Shown: positions 17,748 to 25,835 of the stretch, piece after piece
How the letters are laid out: every line of letters begins with the position of its first letter
Position numbering within the stretch: the stretch's first letter is position 1
Source of the DNA: an uncultured Clostridia bacterium
GTDB taxonomy: Bacteria; Bacillota; Clostridia; Christensenellales; UBA1242
DNA length: 64,000 nt
Assembly: GCA_948434855.1 (NCBI GenBank)
Contig: CAOJFR010000002.1
Span: 21,195-85,194 of the forward strand
Reading direction: 5' to 3'
Notes under the pieces: model-generated
Told to the model about the DNA's origin: nothing
What the model saw: the letters and a program-made list of their open reading frames with translations, nothing else
Databases searched by the model: none
Made by a program: the position numbers and the translations under genes

Positions 17748-19062
17748 GTTTCAGTTGTTTTTAAAAAAGCATATAGCTTTGTTTATTGTAATAGTAATCC
17801 TGCTAGTGTTCCCAGTCAGTCTGTCAAGTCAAGCCAAGCTAAGCATGAGAATAATTGTAACAGGCCTTGCAATAGATAAAAATGAAAATGAATACGAAGT
17901 CACTGCTCAGGTAGTAAAGTCCACTCCAGGAACAGAGTCCCCAGGCACAAGTGCCAGCATAGACTTTATTTCAGAAAAGGGAGAAACCGTCTCACGAGCA
18001 CTTTCAAAACTAATGTATAGAACAGGAAAGGTGTCAGCGTTTTCCCACACAAGTTTTGTGGTCATGAGTGAAGATCTCGCCAAAGAGGATGCAACATCTT
18101 GCCTAGACATTTTCATCAGAGACAAAATCATTCGCAACTCAGCAATGGTACTCTTTTCAGAAGGCAGGGCCAGCGAAGAAATTCAAAAGACAAAAAACGT
18201 AGAGCTTTCCGTTGGGTTAGGTTTGCAAAAAGTATTCTTGTTCAAGCAGGAAGAGAGTGATGGCTTAATGACAACAGTCCTAGAGTTTTTAAATAGAACA
18301 AAAATGCATGGTAAAACTGCATTTGCAAGTGTCCTTAGCCTTAGCAGCAATGAAGAGGGAATGTCAGGTTCGTCAGGCGAAGGCGAACAAAACTCGTCAG
18401 AAAGCTCTGGTGGAGAAAACGCCAGTGGCGGGTCAGAGGGTGCCAGTGGTGGCTCCACTGGTGGCTCCGGAAGCAGTGCAGGTGGCGGGTCAGGTTCCGC
18501 CGGCGGAAGCTCTGGCAGTTCCTCTGTATATTTTCAGGGTAATGCTCCAGTAATGGTTTTTGTAGATGGAAAACTCGCTGGAAAAATCACTGATGAAGAA
18601 GAGATTTTAGGGTTCATGCTTTCAAATAAAAAAACAAAAAGGGCAACCATTGCGGTAGAAAACATAAAATTTCCGGGGCTAGAGGATGCAAAGGTGTCAA
18701 TAAATATTAAAGGAAAAACAGAGAGCATTTGTGTTCGTTTTGAAAATGAAATCCCGTGCGTAGATGTAAAGATAAAAATAAAAGACTCTGAGATAATAGA
18801 AATTGTTAGCAAAGCAAAGCATTCAGACACCTTTAATGAAAAATATGATGCCATAGAGCAAGCAATGATAAAACAAGTCACAGCTGCCATTTCAAAAGCC
18901 TTTGAAAAATCAAAAACGCTTAAGGCAGATATGTTTAGTGCCTATGAGCACGCTTACAAATATCATTATAACACTCTAAAAAGGTACTATGATTCGCCAG
19001 AAGAGTTTATCTCACAGCTAAAGCTAAATATTAGTGTAGAGGTTCAAAAACTAGACTTTTAA
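17740..19062 (+). CDS. Ger(x)C-family germination protein with internal Gly/Ser-rich insertion
   Basis: 440-aa ORF overlapping the B subunit by 8 nt; position and length fit the C subunit; N-terminal TM/signal segment but no lipobox Cys. Confidence 0.7.
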   Translation: MNKFQLFLKKHIALFIVIVILLVFPVSLSSQAKLSMRIIVTGLAIDKNENEYEVTAQVVKSTPGTESPGTSASIDFISEKGETVSRALSKLMYRTGKVSAFSHTSFVVMSEDLAKEDATSCLDIFIRDKIIRNSAMVLFSEGRASEEIQKTKNVELSVGLGLQKVFLFKQEESDGLMTTVLEFLNRTKMHGKTAFASVLSLSSNEEGMSGSSGEGEQNSSESSGGENASGGSEGASGGSTGGSGSSAGGGSGSAGGSSGSSSVYFQGNAPVMVFVDGKLAGKITDEEEILGFMLSNKKTKRATIAVENIKFPGLEDAKVSINIKGKTESICVRFENEIPCVDVKIKIKDSEIIEIVSKAKHSDTFNEKYDAIEQAMIKQVTAAISKAFEKSKTLKADMFSAYEHAYKYHYNTLKRYYDSPEEFISQLKLNISVEVQKLDF

Positions 19063-19078
19063 TTAAAAAAGGCAAAAT

Positions 19079-19108
19079 AAAAATCCACCAAATGGTGGAT
19101 TTTTGTTT
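19079..19108. terminator. Bidirectional terminator between ger operon and ATPase gene
   Basis: AAATCCACC-AAAT-GGTGGATTT flanked by A-run and T-run. Confidence 0.8.
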
Positions 19109-21813
19109 TATAATCTAACCTTGTCCATAATCTTATATAAAACGCTAATAACTGTTGGAGCAGCAAGTGCAAGAACAATAACAAACAAAATATTTTCAAG
19201 ACTAAGCTTAAAGAAAGCAACTTCAACTCCAAAGAAGGTTGGCCAAGCAAACATACAAGTAAGGCTAAGAGCAAGCATTGCAACAAAAATTGCAACGGTG
19301 AAAGCGTTAAATGGTTTGCATAATCTATAAAGCATTGCAAGTCCAGTAAACACAAGTGTCATTGTGGCCATAGAAGATATAATATTCATGTTATATGAAA
19401 TAGAGCCGTTCACCAAGAAGTTAAACAAATAAATAAGTCCAATGTTCAAAACAAGCGTAATTGCACCAGGCAGTGCGTTTTTAATAAGGTTATAAATAAA
19501 CTTACCTTCAATCGGTTTATCGTTAGGCAAAAATGCTAAGCAGAATGAAGGAATACCAATAACAAACCATTCAAACAAAAGTGTGTTTGCGGTTGTAAAA
19601 GGGTAAGGCTGTTGAAGAATAAGCACCAGCACAGAAAAGACTAATGTGAAGAGGGTTTTCATAAAGAATAGCGAAGAAGACTTCTGAACGTTATTAATAA
19701 CTTTTCTTCCCTCAACAACGGTGTCAGGCATACTAGAGAAGTCGCTGTTAAGAAGAACCATGTGGCTCACACTGCGAACAGCCTCGTTTCCGCTAGCCAT
19801 CGCAATAGAGCAGTCAGCTTCCTTAAGTGCCAAAATATCGTTAACGCCGTCACCCGTCATTGCAACGGTGTTGCCATCGCTTTTAATTGTTTTAACAAGA
19901 AGCGCTTTTTGCTCAGGCGTAACTCTTCCAAAAACGGTATATTTGTTTGCTGCGGCAATAACTTGTTTGTCGCTAAGTCCGTCAAGGCTAATAAATGCAT
20001 CAGTGCCTTCAACGCCAACACGCTTAGCAATTTCAGAAACTGTCAAAGGGTTGTCGCCAGAAATAATCTTAACTTTAACGCCATTGTTTTTAAACCAAGC
20101 AATAGTGTTTGCTGCATTTTCTCTAATGTGGTCTTCCAAAATAATAATAGCAATAGCATCTCTTTGTTCAGGAAGCGAGTCTTTAACAATAGGTTTAGCA
20201 GAGTGAGCTAAAAGCAAAATTCTATAGCCGTCCTTAGAATATTGTTCAACCATTTTCTTAAGTTTTTCATCTTTCATCTTAGGCAAAACAAATTCAGGTG
20301 CACCCATAATATAAGTGCCAGCATTTTCAAAAGTCACAGCTGAAAGTTTTCTGCTAGAGCTAAAAGGAAGGGTTGTCACAGGATTAAGTTCTTTGTTAAA
20401 GCCAAAATAGTTAATAAGTGCTTGGCTGGTTTGGTTGTTGTCACCAAGAGCAGATAGCATAGAGCCCATAATTCTTTTAATTGTGTGGTCTGTGCTAGTA
20501 AGCTGAACACAGTTATAAACTTTCATTGTGCCGTCAGTGATAGTTCCAGTTTTGTCCAAACACAAAACATTAACACGAGCCAGCATTTCAACGCAATAAA
20601 GGTCCTGAACAAGCGCCTTTTTGTTTGCAAGTTTAATAACAGAAACGGTAAGAGAAATAGAACATAAAAGGAACATTCCCGCAGGTATCATTCCAATAAC
20701 CGAGCCCGCTGTAGAAGTTATGCTTTTTGCAATAACATCCTCGCCAGCAAAAGCGTTAAAGTTGTTAAGCATCATCAAAATGGTAATAGGAACAATCAAA
20801 ATACCAATAACCTTAACAATAAGTTTCAGTGAAGAAAAGAGTTCAGATTTTGGCTTGCGATATTTTTTTGCTGTGGCAGAAAGTTGTTGAATATAGTTGT
20901 TTGCACCAACCTTCTCAACTCTTGCGTGGCATTTTCCAGAAACAACATAGCTTCCCGCCAAAACGGTGTCACCAACTTTCTTTTTAATAGGAAGGCTTTC
21001 ACCAGTAAGCATACTTTCGTTAACTTCAATGTTGCCTTCAACAACAACGCAGTCAGCAACAATTTGCTTTCCTGTTGCAAGAACAACAATGTCATCCAAA
21101 ACAACTTCTTCCTGAGCAATGGTCTCTTCGTCGCCATTTCTAACAACCTTAACCACAGGGGCGGTCAAAAGTGAAAGTTTTTCAATAGTTTTTTTAGCCC
21201 TAATTTCCTGAACAATACCAATAATAATGTTAATCAAAATAATGGCCATAAACAAAATGTTGCTCCAACTTTGTTTATAAAGCACATTAACTGTCACAAG
21301 GGCTGCAAAAACAATAAAGCAAAGAATGTTAAAAAAGGTAAACACGTTTTCTCTAATAATGCTCCAAACGGTCTTAACGTTGGTGTTAGGCACAGCGTTG
21401 GTTTGCCCCTTAATAATTCTTTCTTGAACTTGTTCATTAGAAAGACCCATTTGATAGTCCGATTTAACTCTCTTGACTCTCTTTTGAGAAACAGGTTCTT
21501 TTTGCTTAACAACATTTTTCTTAATAAGCTTAAACAAGTCTCTAAGTTTTGGTTCATCATCAGAGTTAGCTTCACGTTGTTTTTTCTTAGCAGCTTTCTT
21601 GGCTTTTTTCTTAGCAATCTTTTTAGCCTTAAGAGCCTTAGCGGCAGCCTTTTCATCTTTCTTGTTTTTTGCGGCAGAAGAAACAGGTGGTTGCACTTCA
21701 ACCACTTTAGGTTCCAAATCATCTGTTTTTGCTTTAATTGACTTTTTAGAAGAAACCGCAATAGTGGTTTTTTCATCAGGCAATGTTTCGCTAATAACCT
21801 TCTTTTTTGCCAT
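19108..21813 (-). CDS. Cation-transporting P-type ATPase with Lys/Ala-rich N-terminal extension
   Basis: 901-aa ORF; DKTGTIT phosphorylation site, TGES actuator motif, MTGDGVNDILALK hinge motif. Confidence 0.9.
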   Translation of the reverse strand: MAKKKVISETLPDEKTTIAVSSKKSIKAKTDDLEPKVVEVQPPVSSAAKNKKDEKAAAKALKAKKIAKKKAKKAAKKKQREANSDDEPKLRDLFKLIKKNVVKQKEPVSQKRVKRVKSDYQMGLSNEQVQERIIKGQTNAVPNTNVKTVWSIIRENVFTFFNILCFIVFAALVTVNVLYKQSWSNILFMAIILINIIIGIVQEIRAKKTIEKLSLLTAPVVKVVRNGDEETIAQEEVVLDDIVVLATGKQIVADCVVVEGNIEVNESMLTGESLPIKKKVGDTVLAGSYVVSGKCHARVEKVGANNYIQQLSATAKKYRKPKSELFSSLKLIVKVIGILIVPITILMMLNNFNAFAGEDVIAKSITSTAGSVIGMIPAGMFLLCSISLTVSVIKLANKKALVQDLYCVEMLARVNVLCLDKTGTITDGTMKVYNCVQLTSTDHTIKRIMGSMLSALGDNNQTSQALINYFGFNKELNPVTTLPFSSSRKLSAVTFENAGTYIMGAPEFVLPKMKDEKLKKMVEQYSKDGYRILLLAHSAKPIVKDSLPEQRDAIAIIILEDHIRENAANTIAWFKNNGVKVKIISGDNPLTVSEIAKRVGVEGTDAFISLDGLSDKQVIAAANKYTVFGRVTPEQKALLVKTIKSDGNTVAMTGDGVNDILALKEADCSIAMASGNEAVRSVSHMVLLNSDFSSMPDTVVEGRKVINNVQKSSSLFFMKTLFTLVFSVLVLILQQPYPFTTANTLLFEWFVIGIPSFCLAFLPNDKPIEGKFIYNLIKNALPGAITLVLNIGLIYLFNFLVNGSISYNMNIISSMATMTLVFTGLAMLYRLCKPFNAFTVAIFVAMLALSLTCMFAWPTFFGVEVAFFKLSLENILFVIVLALAAPTVISVLYKIMDKVRL

Positions 21814-21986
21814 TATAACCTCATGATAATGAAATATATATAATATATAATTATAATATAAAAAATATAAATGTCAATTATGCAGAGAATATAAAAAATT
21901 ATTTTTAAAAATTCATATAAAATAGCAGAAAATTATCAAAAAAATAAGAAAAAATATAGTTTAGGGCATGATTTTCCAAAAACTGC

Positions 21987-22015
21987 TTGCAAAATAACAA
22001 TAGGTGTGATAATAT
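21987..22015 (+). promoter_or_regulatory. rpsF operon promoter
   Basis: TTGCAA, 17-nt spacer, TGATAATAT (extended -10). Confidence 0.55.
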
Positions 22016-22031
22016 TTACATACAATTCCTT

Positions 22032-22052
22032 GTTTTAGAAAAAATCTAAAAC
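22032..22052 (+). promoter_or_regulatory. Hairpin in rpsF 5' leader (possible S6:S18 autoregulatory leader)
   Basis: GTTTTAGA-AAAAA-TCTAAAAC, 8-bp perfect stem between promoter and RBS. Confidence 0.3.
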
Positions 22053-22079
22053 CGAATGAGTCCAAAAGGAGGAAGATCT

Positions 22080-22361
22080 ATGAAAAAGTATGAGATTCTA
22101 TACATTGTTGAAGGCAGCCTAAGCGATGAAGATAAAGAAAAAACAATCGCAGCAGTAACTTCGCTTGTAGAGGCAAACGGCGGAAAAGCTGAAGAGCCAG
22201 AAAAGTGGGGAATGAGAAAATATGCATACCCAATCAACTATAAGCAAGAAGGCTATTATGTTCTCATGAATTTTGAAGCAGAAGATTCTGTTCCAAAAAT
22301 TATGAATGACAAGCTTATCATCAGCAAAAACATTGTAAGACACATGATTGTCGCAAAATAG
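22080..22361 (+). CDS. rpsF: 30S ribosomal protein S6
   Basis: MKKYEILYIV start at ATG 22080, preceded by AAAGGAGG; the ORF-track start at 22056 lacks an RBS. Confidence 0.93.
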   Translation: MKKYEILYIVEGSLSDEDKEKTIAAVTSLVEANGGKAEEPEKWGMRKYAYPINYKQEGYYVLMNFEAEDSVPKIMNDKLIISKNIVRHMIVAK

Positions 22362-22376
22362 TAATAGGAGAAAATT

Positions 22377-22814
22377 ATGAATAAAGTAATTTTGGTTGGA
22401 AATTTAACCAGAGATCCAGAGCTTGTAACAACAAACAACGGCATATCACTTTGCAGATTCAGTCTAGCAGTTCAAAGAAAATTCACTTCAAGTGATGGCG
22501 AGAGAGAAGCAGATTTTATCAATATAGTTGTATGGCGTGGTCAAGCAGACAACTGCTACAAATACCTCAAAAAAGGCAGCAAGGCAGGTGTTGTTGGAAC
22601 ACTTCAAACAAGAAGTTATGACGGCAATGATGGAACAAAAAAATACGCAACAGAAGTTGTTGCAGAAGAAGTAGAATTCTTATCATCAAAAAGCTCAAGT
22701 TCAGAAGAATACTCTGCAAGCCCAGAGGCTCCTGCAGCAGGTTCAAAATCAACTGGCAAAACAGATATTGTTAGCAAGTTTGAGCCAATAGATGATGACA
22801 ACTTACCATTTTAA
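22377..22814 (+). CDS. ssb: Single-stranded DNA-binding protein
   Basis: [17 protein letters not shown]-fold start; C-terminal acidic tip DDDNLPF. Confidence 0.95.
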   Translation: MNKVILVGNLTRDPELVTTNNGISLCRFSLAVQRKFTSSDGEREADFINIVVWRGQADNCYKYLKKGSKAGVVGTLQTRSYDGNDGTKKYATEVVAEEVEFLSSKSSSSEEYSASPEAPAAGSKSTGKTDIVSKFEPIDDDNLPF

Positions 22815-22825
22815 AGGAGAATAGT

Positions 22826-23098
22826 ATGGATAGAAAAATGAAAAAAGACAATTCTTCTTATGATGAAAAAAACCCAAATAAATATAGAAAAGAAACCAAA
22901 AAAGTATGTGCATTTTGTGCTGAAAAGAGTGAAGTAATTGATTACAAAAACTCAGCAAAGCTCAGAAAATATATGACAGAAAAGGGCAAAATCATTCCAA
23001 GAAGAACAACTGGCGTTTGTGCAAAGCATCAAAGAGAGCTCACAAATGCAATCAAAAGAGCAAGAGTTATGGCTCTTCTTCCTTACAGAACACTGTAA
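22826..23098 (+). CDS. rpsR: 30S ribosomal protein S18
   Basis: CAFC...IDYKN...[18 protein letters not shown]...KHQREL signature; rpsF-ssb-rpsR synteny. Confidence 0.93.
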   Translation: MDRKMKKDNSSYDEKNPNKYRKETKKVCAFCAEKSEVIDYKNSAKLRKYMTEKGKIIPRRTTGVCAKHQRELTNAIKRARVMALLPYRTL

Positions 23099-23105
23099 AA
23101 ATTAT

Positions 23106-23141
23106 ATCACCAAATGCGTTTGCAAATGGTGATTTTTTTTG
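23106..23141 (+). terminator. Rho-independent terminator after rpsR
   Basis: ATCACCA...TGGTGAT stem followed by T8. Confidence 0.8.
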
Positions 23142-23210
23142 CAAAATTCGCTATTGACAACTAGGTGCTCTGGTTATATAATAATATCATAAAAAAACAG
23201 GGAGAGTGTT

Positions 23211-23735
23211 ATGGAAAAACAGATATTAAAGGAAGAATCAATAGAACAGCAAATTCAAAATAAAGAAAAGAGGCTAAAAGAAGTAAATGATAGGCTCAAT
23301 TTAATTGAACATCACAGAGATGCACTTTTGGTTGCAAGGTCATATAGAAGGGATGCTGGTGAAGAGGTAGAGAGTGGCGAGCCAGATTTTGCCAATAACG
23401 AATATAATTCACTTGTTCATGAAGAGTCAGTGCTTTTAGCAGACATAAATAGTCTCAAAAAACTTTTAACAGTTAAAGGTGTGAAGGAAGAGATAGAAAA
23501 AACCCTCATACTTTTTGAATCCTATCAACAAAGCTATCAAGACCTATGCAATGAAGATGATAGCAATTTAGATTATTTTGGAAAAGCAGACTATGAGGGT
23601 CGTGAAGAGTTGTTAAACAAAATGAAAGAAATAGCAGAAAAAATTAGAGAATTAAAAGAAAAATTAACTTCTCTCTCAGTTCAAGAACAAAATTTAACAC
23701 AGCCGCAAATTCAAGAAGCTCAAAAACAGGGCTAG
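23211..23735 (+). CDS. Hypothetical coiled-coil protein (174 aa)
   Basis: ATG with RBS GGGAGAG; E/K/Q-rich heptad-like sequence; no motif recognised. Confidence 0.65.
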   Translation: MEKQILKEESIEQQIQNKEKRLKEVNDRLNLIEHHRDALLVARSYRRDAGEEVESGEPDFANNEYNSLVHEESVLLADINSLKKLLTVKGVKEEIEKTLILFESYQQSYQDLCNEDDSNLDYFGKADYEGREELLNKMKEIAEKIRELKEKLTSLSVQEQNLTQPQIQEAQKQG

Positions 23736-23748
23736 GGAGAGGACTAAG

Positions 23749-24018
23749 GTGAAAAAATATTCAGGTCAATTCACAGCAGCAGAGTTTTTGCAAGAGCAAA
23801 TCAATTCAACCAAAGATGACATTGCAAAGGCCGAAGCCTATATAGAAGTTTTAAAAATGGCAAGACAACAAATATTAGACAGTGGCAATGTGGTAGATAT
23901 GGAAAGGTTTTCCACAGAATATGTAACATATTTAAATGGAAAAAGCCTTTTAGAGACACATTTAAAAGATTTAGAGGATCAAAAAAGAGAGCTAGAACTT
24001 CTTCCTCAACCAAGCTAA
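23749..24018 (+). CDS. Hypothetical small helical protein (89 aa)
   Basis: GTG start after RBS GGGAGAGG; followed directly by a terminator. Confidence 0.55.
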   Translation: MKKYSGQFTAAEFLQEQINSTKDDIAKAEAYIEVLKMARQQILDSGNVVDMERFSTEYVTYLNGKSLLETHLKDLEDQKRELELLPQPS

Positions 24019-24047
24019 AAACAAGCAAAAATGCTTGTTTTTATTTT
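24019..24047 (+). terminator. Rho-independent terminator
   Basis: AAACAAGCA-AAAA-TGCTTGTTT then TTATTTT. Confidence 0.75.
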
Positions 24048-24079
24048 ATAAATTAAGTTTTAATTTTATGGGTGTGACC

Positions 24080-24107
24080 TTGACAACACCCTAATTTTAT
24101 TTATACT
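24080..24107 (+). promoter_or_regulatory. dnaB promoter
   Basis: TTGACA, 16-nt spacer, TATACT; the -35 sits in the loop of a GGGTGT/ACACCC inverted repeat. Confidence 0.5.
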
Positions 24108-24132
24108 AAAAGTATAAATTGGAGATAATTAA

Positions 24133-25740
24133 ATGGCAGAAAGAACAAAAGAGACTGATTCAAAAAAGAAATCGTCAAGAAAAACCAGTATAGATGGCAA
24201 AATACTGCCAAACAACTATGAAGCCGAGCAAGCGGTGCTTGGCTGTGCACTCATTGATTCAGATGCTGCCCTTGCGGTTATAGGAAAGCTTGAAGAGGCA
24301 GACTTTTATAATGCCACACATAGATACATTTTTTCTGCAATCAGAAGTTTGCAAAGCAAGGCCAAGCCAATAGATTTCATCACGGTATCAGGCGAGCTTG
24401 AAAATTTAGGCAAAATCAATGATGTTGGTGGAATGGGTTATGTGTCAAGCTTAACAAGCATAGTTCCATCATCAGCCAGCTACAATCATTACATAGATCT
24501 CGTAAAAAAAGTTTCCATACTAAGGCAGCTCATTGCAATCAGTGGTGATATTATAGATGAAGCCTATAAAAGTGGTTCAGATGAATCGCTTATTGGCATT
24601 GCTGAAAAAAAGATATATGAAATTGCAGAAAAGGGACAACAAGGCAGTCTAGAAAAAATAGATTTGTCAGTTCAAAAGGTTATAGATAACTTTGAATTAA
24701 TCCATAAAGAAGGCGGAACAATCCATGGCATAAAAACAGGGTTCCATCAAATAGATAAGGCAACCAATGGCTTGCAAAAATCCGACCTTATAATCTTAGC
24801 CGCAAGACCAGGTGTAGGAAAAACATCGCTTGCAATGAACATTGTTTCCAATGCAGCACTAAATTCAAAGGCAAAATGTGCAGTATTTTCGCTAGAAATG
24901 GGAAGAGAGCAACTTGCAAGAAGAATGCTCTGCTCAGTTGCAAATGTTTCAATGGCAAAGGGAATGCGTGGCGATCTTCATGAAGAAGATTGGGTAAAAT
25001 TGCATAAAGCAAAAAAGCAGTTGTCAGAAGCAGATATATTTATTGATGACAATGCTCTAAACACTCCTTCGCAGGTGCTTTCAAAGTGTAGAAAGCTCAA
25101 AAGAGAGCGTGGGCTAGACCTTGTTGTAATTGACTATCTTGGACTCATGAAGTCCGATGAAAAAACTGACAATCGTCAAAATGAGGTTGCAAACATTTCA
25201 AGACAGCTCAAAATTCTTGCAAAAGAGATTAATGTTCCAGTAATCACGCTTTGCCAATTAAATCGTTCAGTAGAGCAAAGAGATGACGGCAAGCCAGGAA
25301 GGCCAGTGCTTTCAGACCTCAGAGATTCTGGTTCAATAGAGCAAGATGCAGATATGGTATGGTTCATTCATAGAGACATGACTAAAAATGAGCTAGATAA
25401 AGATCCAAATCAAAACTATACTGCAGAAATCATTATTGCAAAATTCAGAAACGGACAACCGGGCAGTGTATTCCTTGGCTGGGATGGTTCAAGAACCAGT
25501 TTTGTCAATCTTGAAAAAGATGCAAACGAGCAAAGTTTGGTTAATATATACGAGCAAAATCAGGAGAGCAAAAGAGAAGCCCGCAAGGCAAGGTCAGCAG
25601 AAGATATTGCTTCAGCCTTAAATAATATAGTTAACGAGATTGATGCCGATGGCTTAGGAATGGTGCCTCCTCCAGAAGAAGAAAATCCAGTTCCAGATTT
25701 CAGCAACATAAGCGTTCCAGAAGACGATGAATTGTTTTAA
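24133..25740 (+). CDS. dnaB: Replicative DNA helicase (DnaB family) with ~75-aa acidic C-terminal extension
   Basis: 535-aa ORF; LPNNYEAEQAVLG N-terminus, Walker A ARPGVGKTS, DYLGLM, SGSIEQDAD motifs. Confidence 0.93.
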   Translation: MAERTKETDSKKKSSRKTSIDGKILPNNYEAEQAVLGCALIDSDAALAVIGKLEEADFYNATHRYIFSAIRSLQSKAKPIDFITVSGELENLGKINDVGGMGYVSSLTSIVPSSASYNHYIDLVKKVSILRQLIAISGDIIDEAYKSGSDESLIGIAEKKIYEIAEKGQQGSLEKIDLSVQKVIDNFELIHKEGGTIHGIKTGFHQIDKATNGLQKSDLIILAARPGVGKTSLAMNIVSNAALNSKAKCAVFSLEMGREQLARRMLCSVANVSMAKGMRGDLHEEDWVKLHKAKKQLSEADIFIDDNALNTPSQVLSKCRKLKRERGLDLVVIDYLGLMKSDEKTDNRQNEVANISRQLKILAKEINVPVITLCQLNRSVEQRDDGKPGRPVLSDLRDSGSIEQDADMVWFIHRDMTKNELDKDPNQNYTAEIIIAKFRNGQPGSVFLGWDGSRTSFVNLEKDANEQSLVNIYEQNQESKREARKARSAEDIASALNNIVNEIDADGLGMVPPPEEENPVPDFSNISVPEDDELF

Positions 25741-25742
25741 AG

Positions 25743-25771
25743 ATAAAGGAGAATGTTTCTCCTTTATTTTG
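25743..25771 (+). terminator. Rho-independent terminator after dnaB
   Basis: TAAAGGAGA-ATGTT-TCTCCTTTA then TTTT. Confidence 0.75.
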
Positions 25772-25835
25772 CATCAAAAAAATTCAAATGTTGACAAGAA
25801 AAAATAAAATTGATATACTAAACGAGAGGTAGATT

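Noticed and set aside
18183-18553. Alternative-frame ORFs (91 aa minus strand, 81 aa plus strand) within the gerC-type gene
   Set aside because: They are created by the locally GC-rich Gly/Ser-coding insertion, which removes stop codons in all frames. There are no independent signals.
19721-21776. Multiple 60-160-aa ORFs overlapping the P-type ATPase gene, antisense or in alternative frames
   Set aside because: They are entirely contained in a gene with unambiguous P-type ATPase motifs. They lack RBSs and have low-complexity translations.
21814-21986. Possible metal-sensing riboswitch (for example yybP-ykoY) upstream of the P-type ATPase
   Set aside because: The region is almost pure A/T with no conserved helices or GC-containing core.
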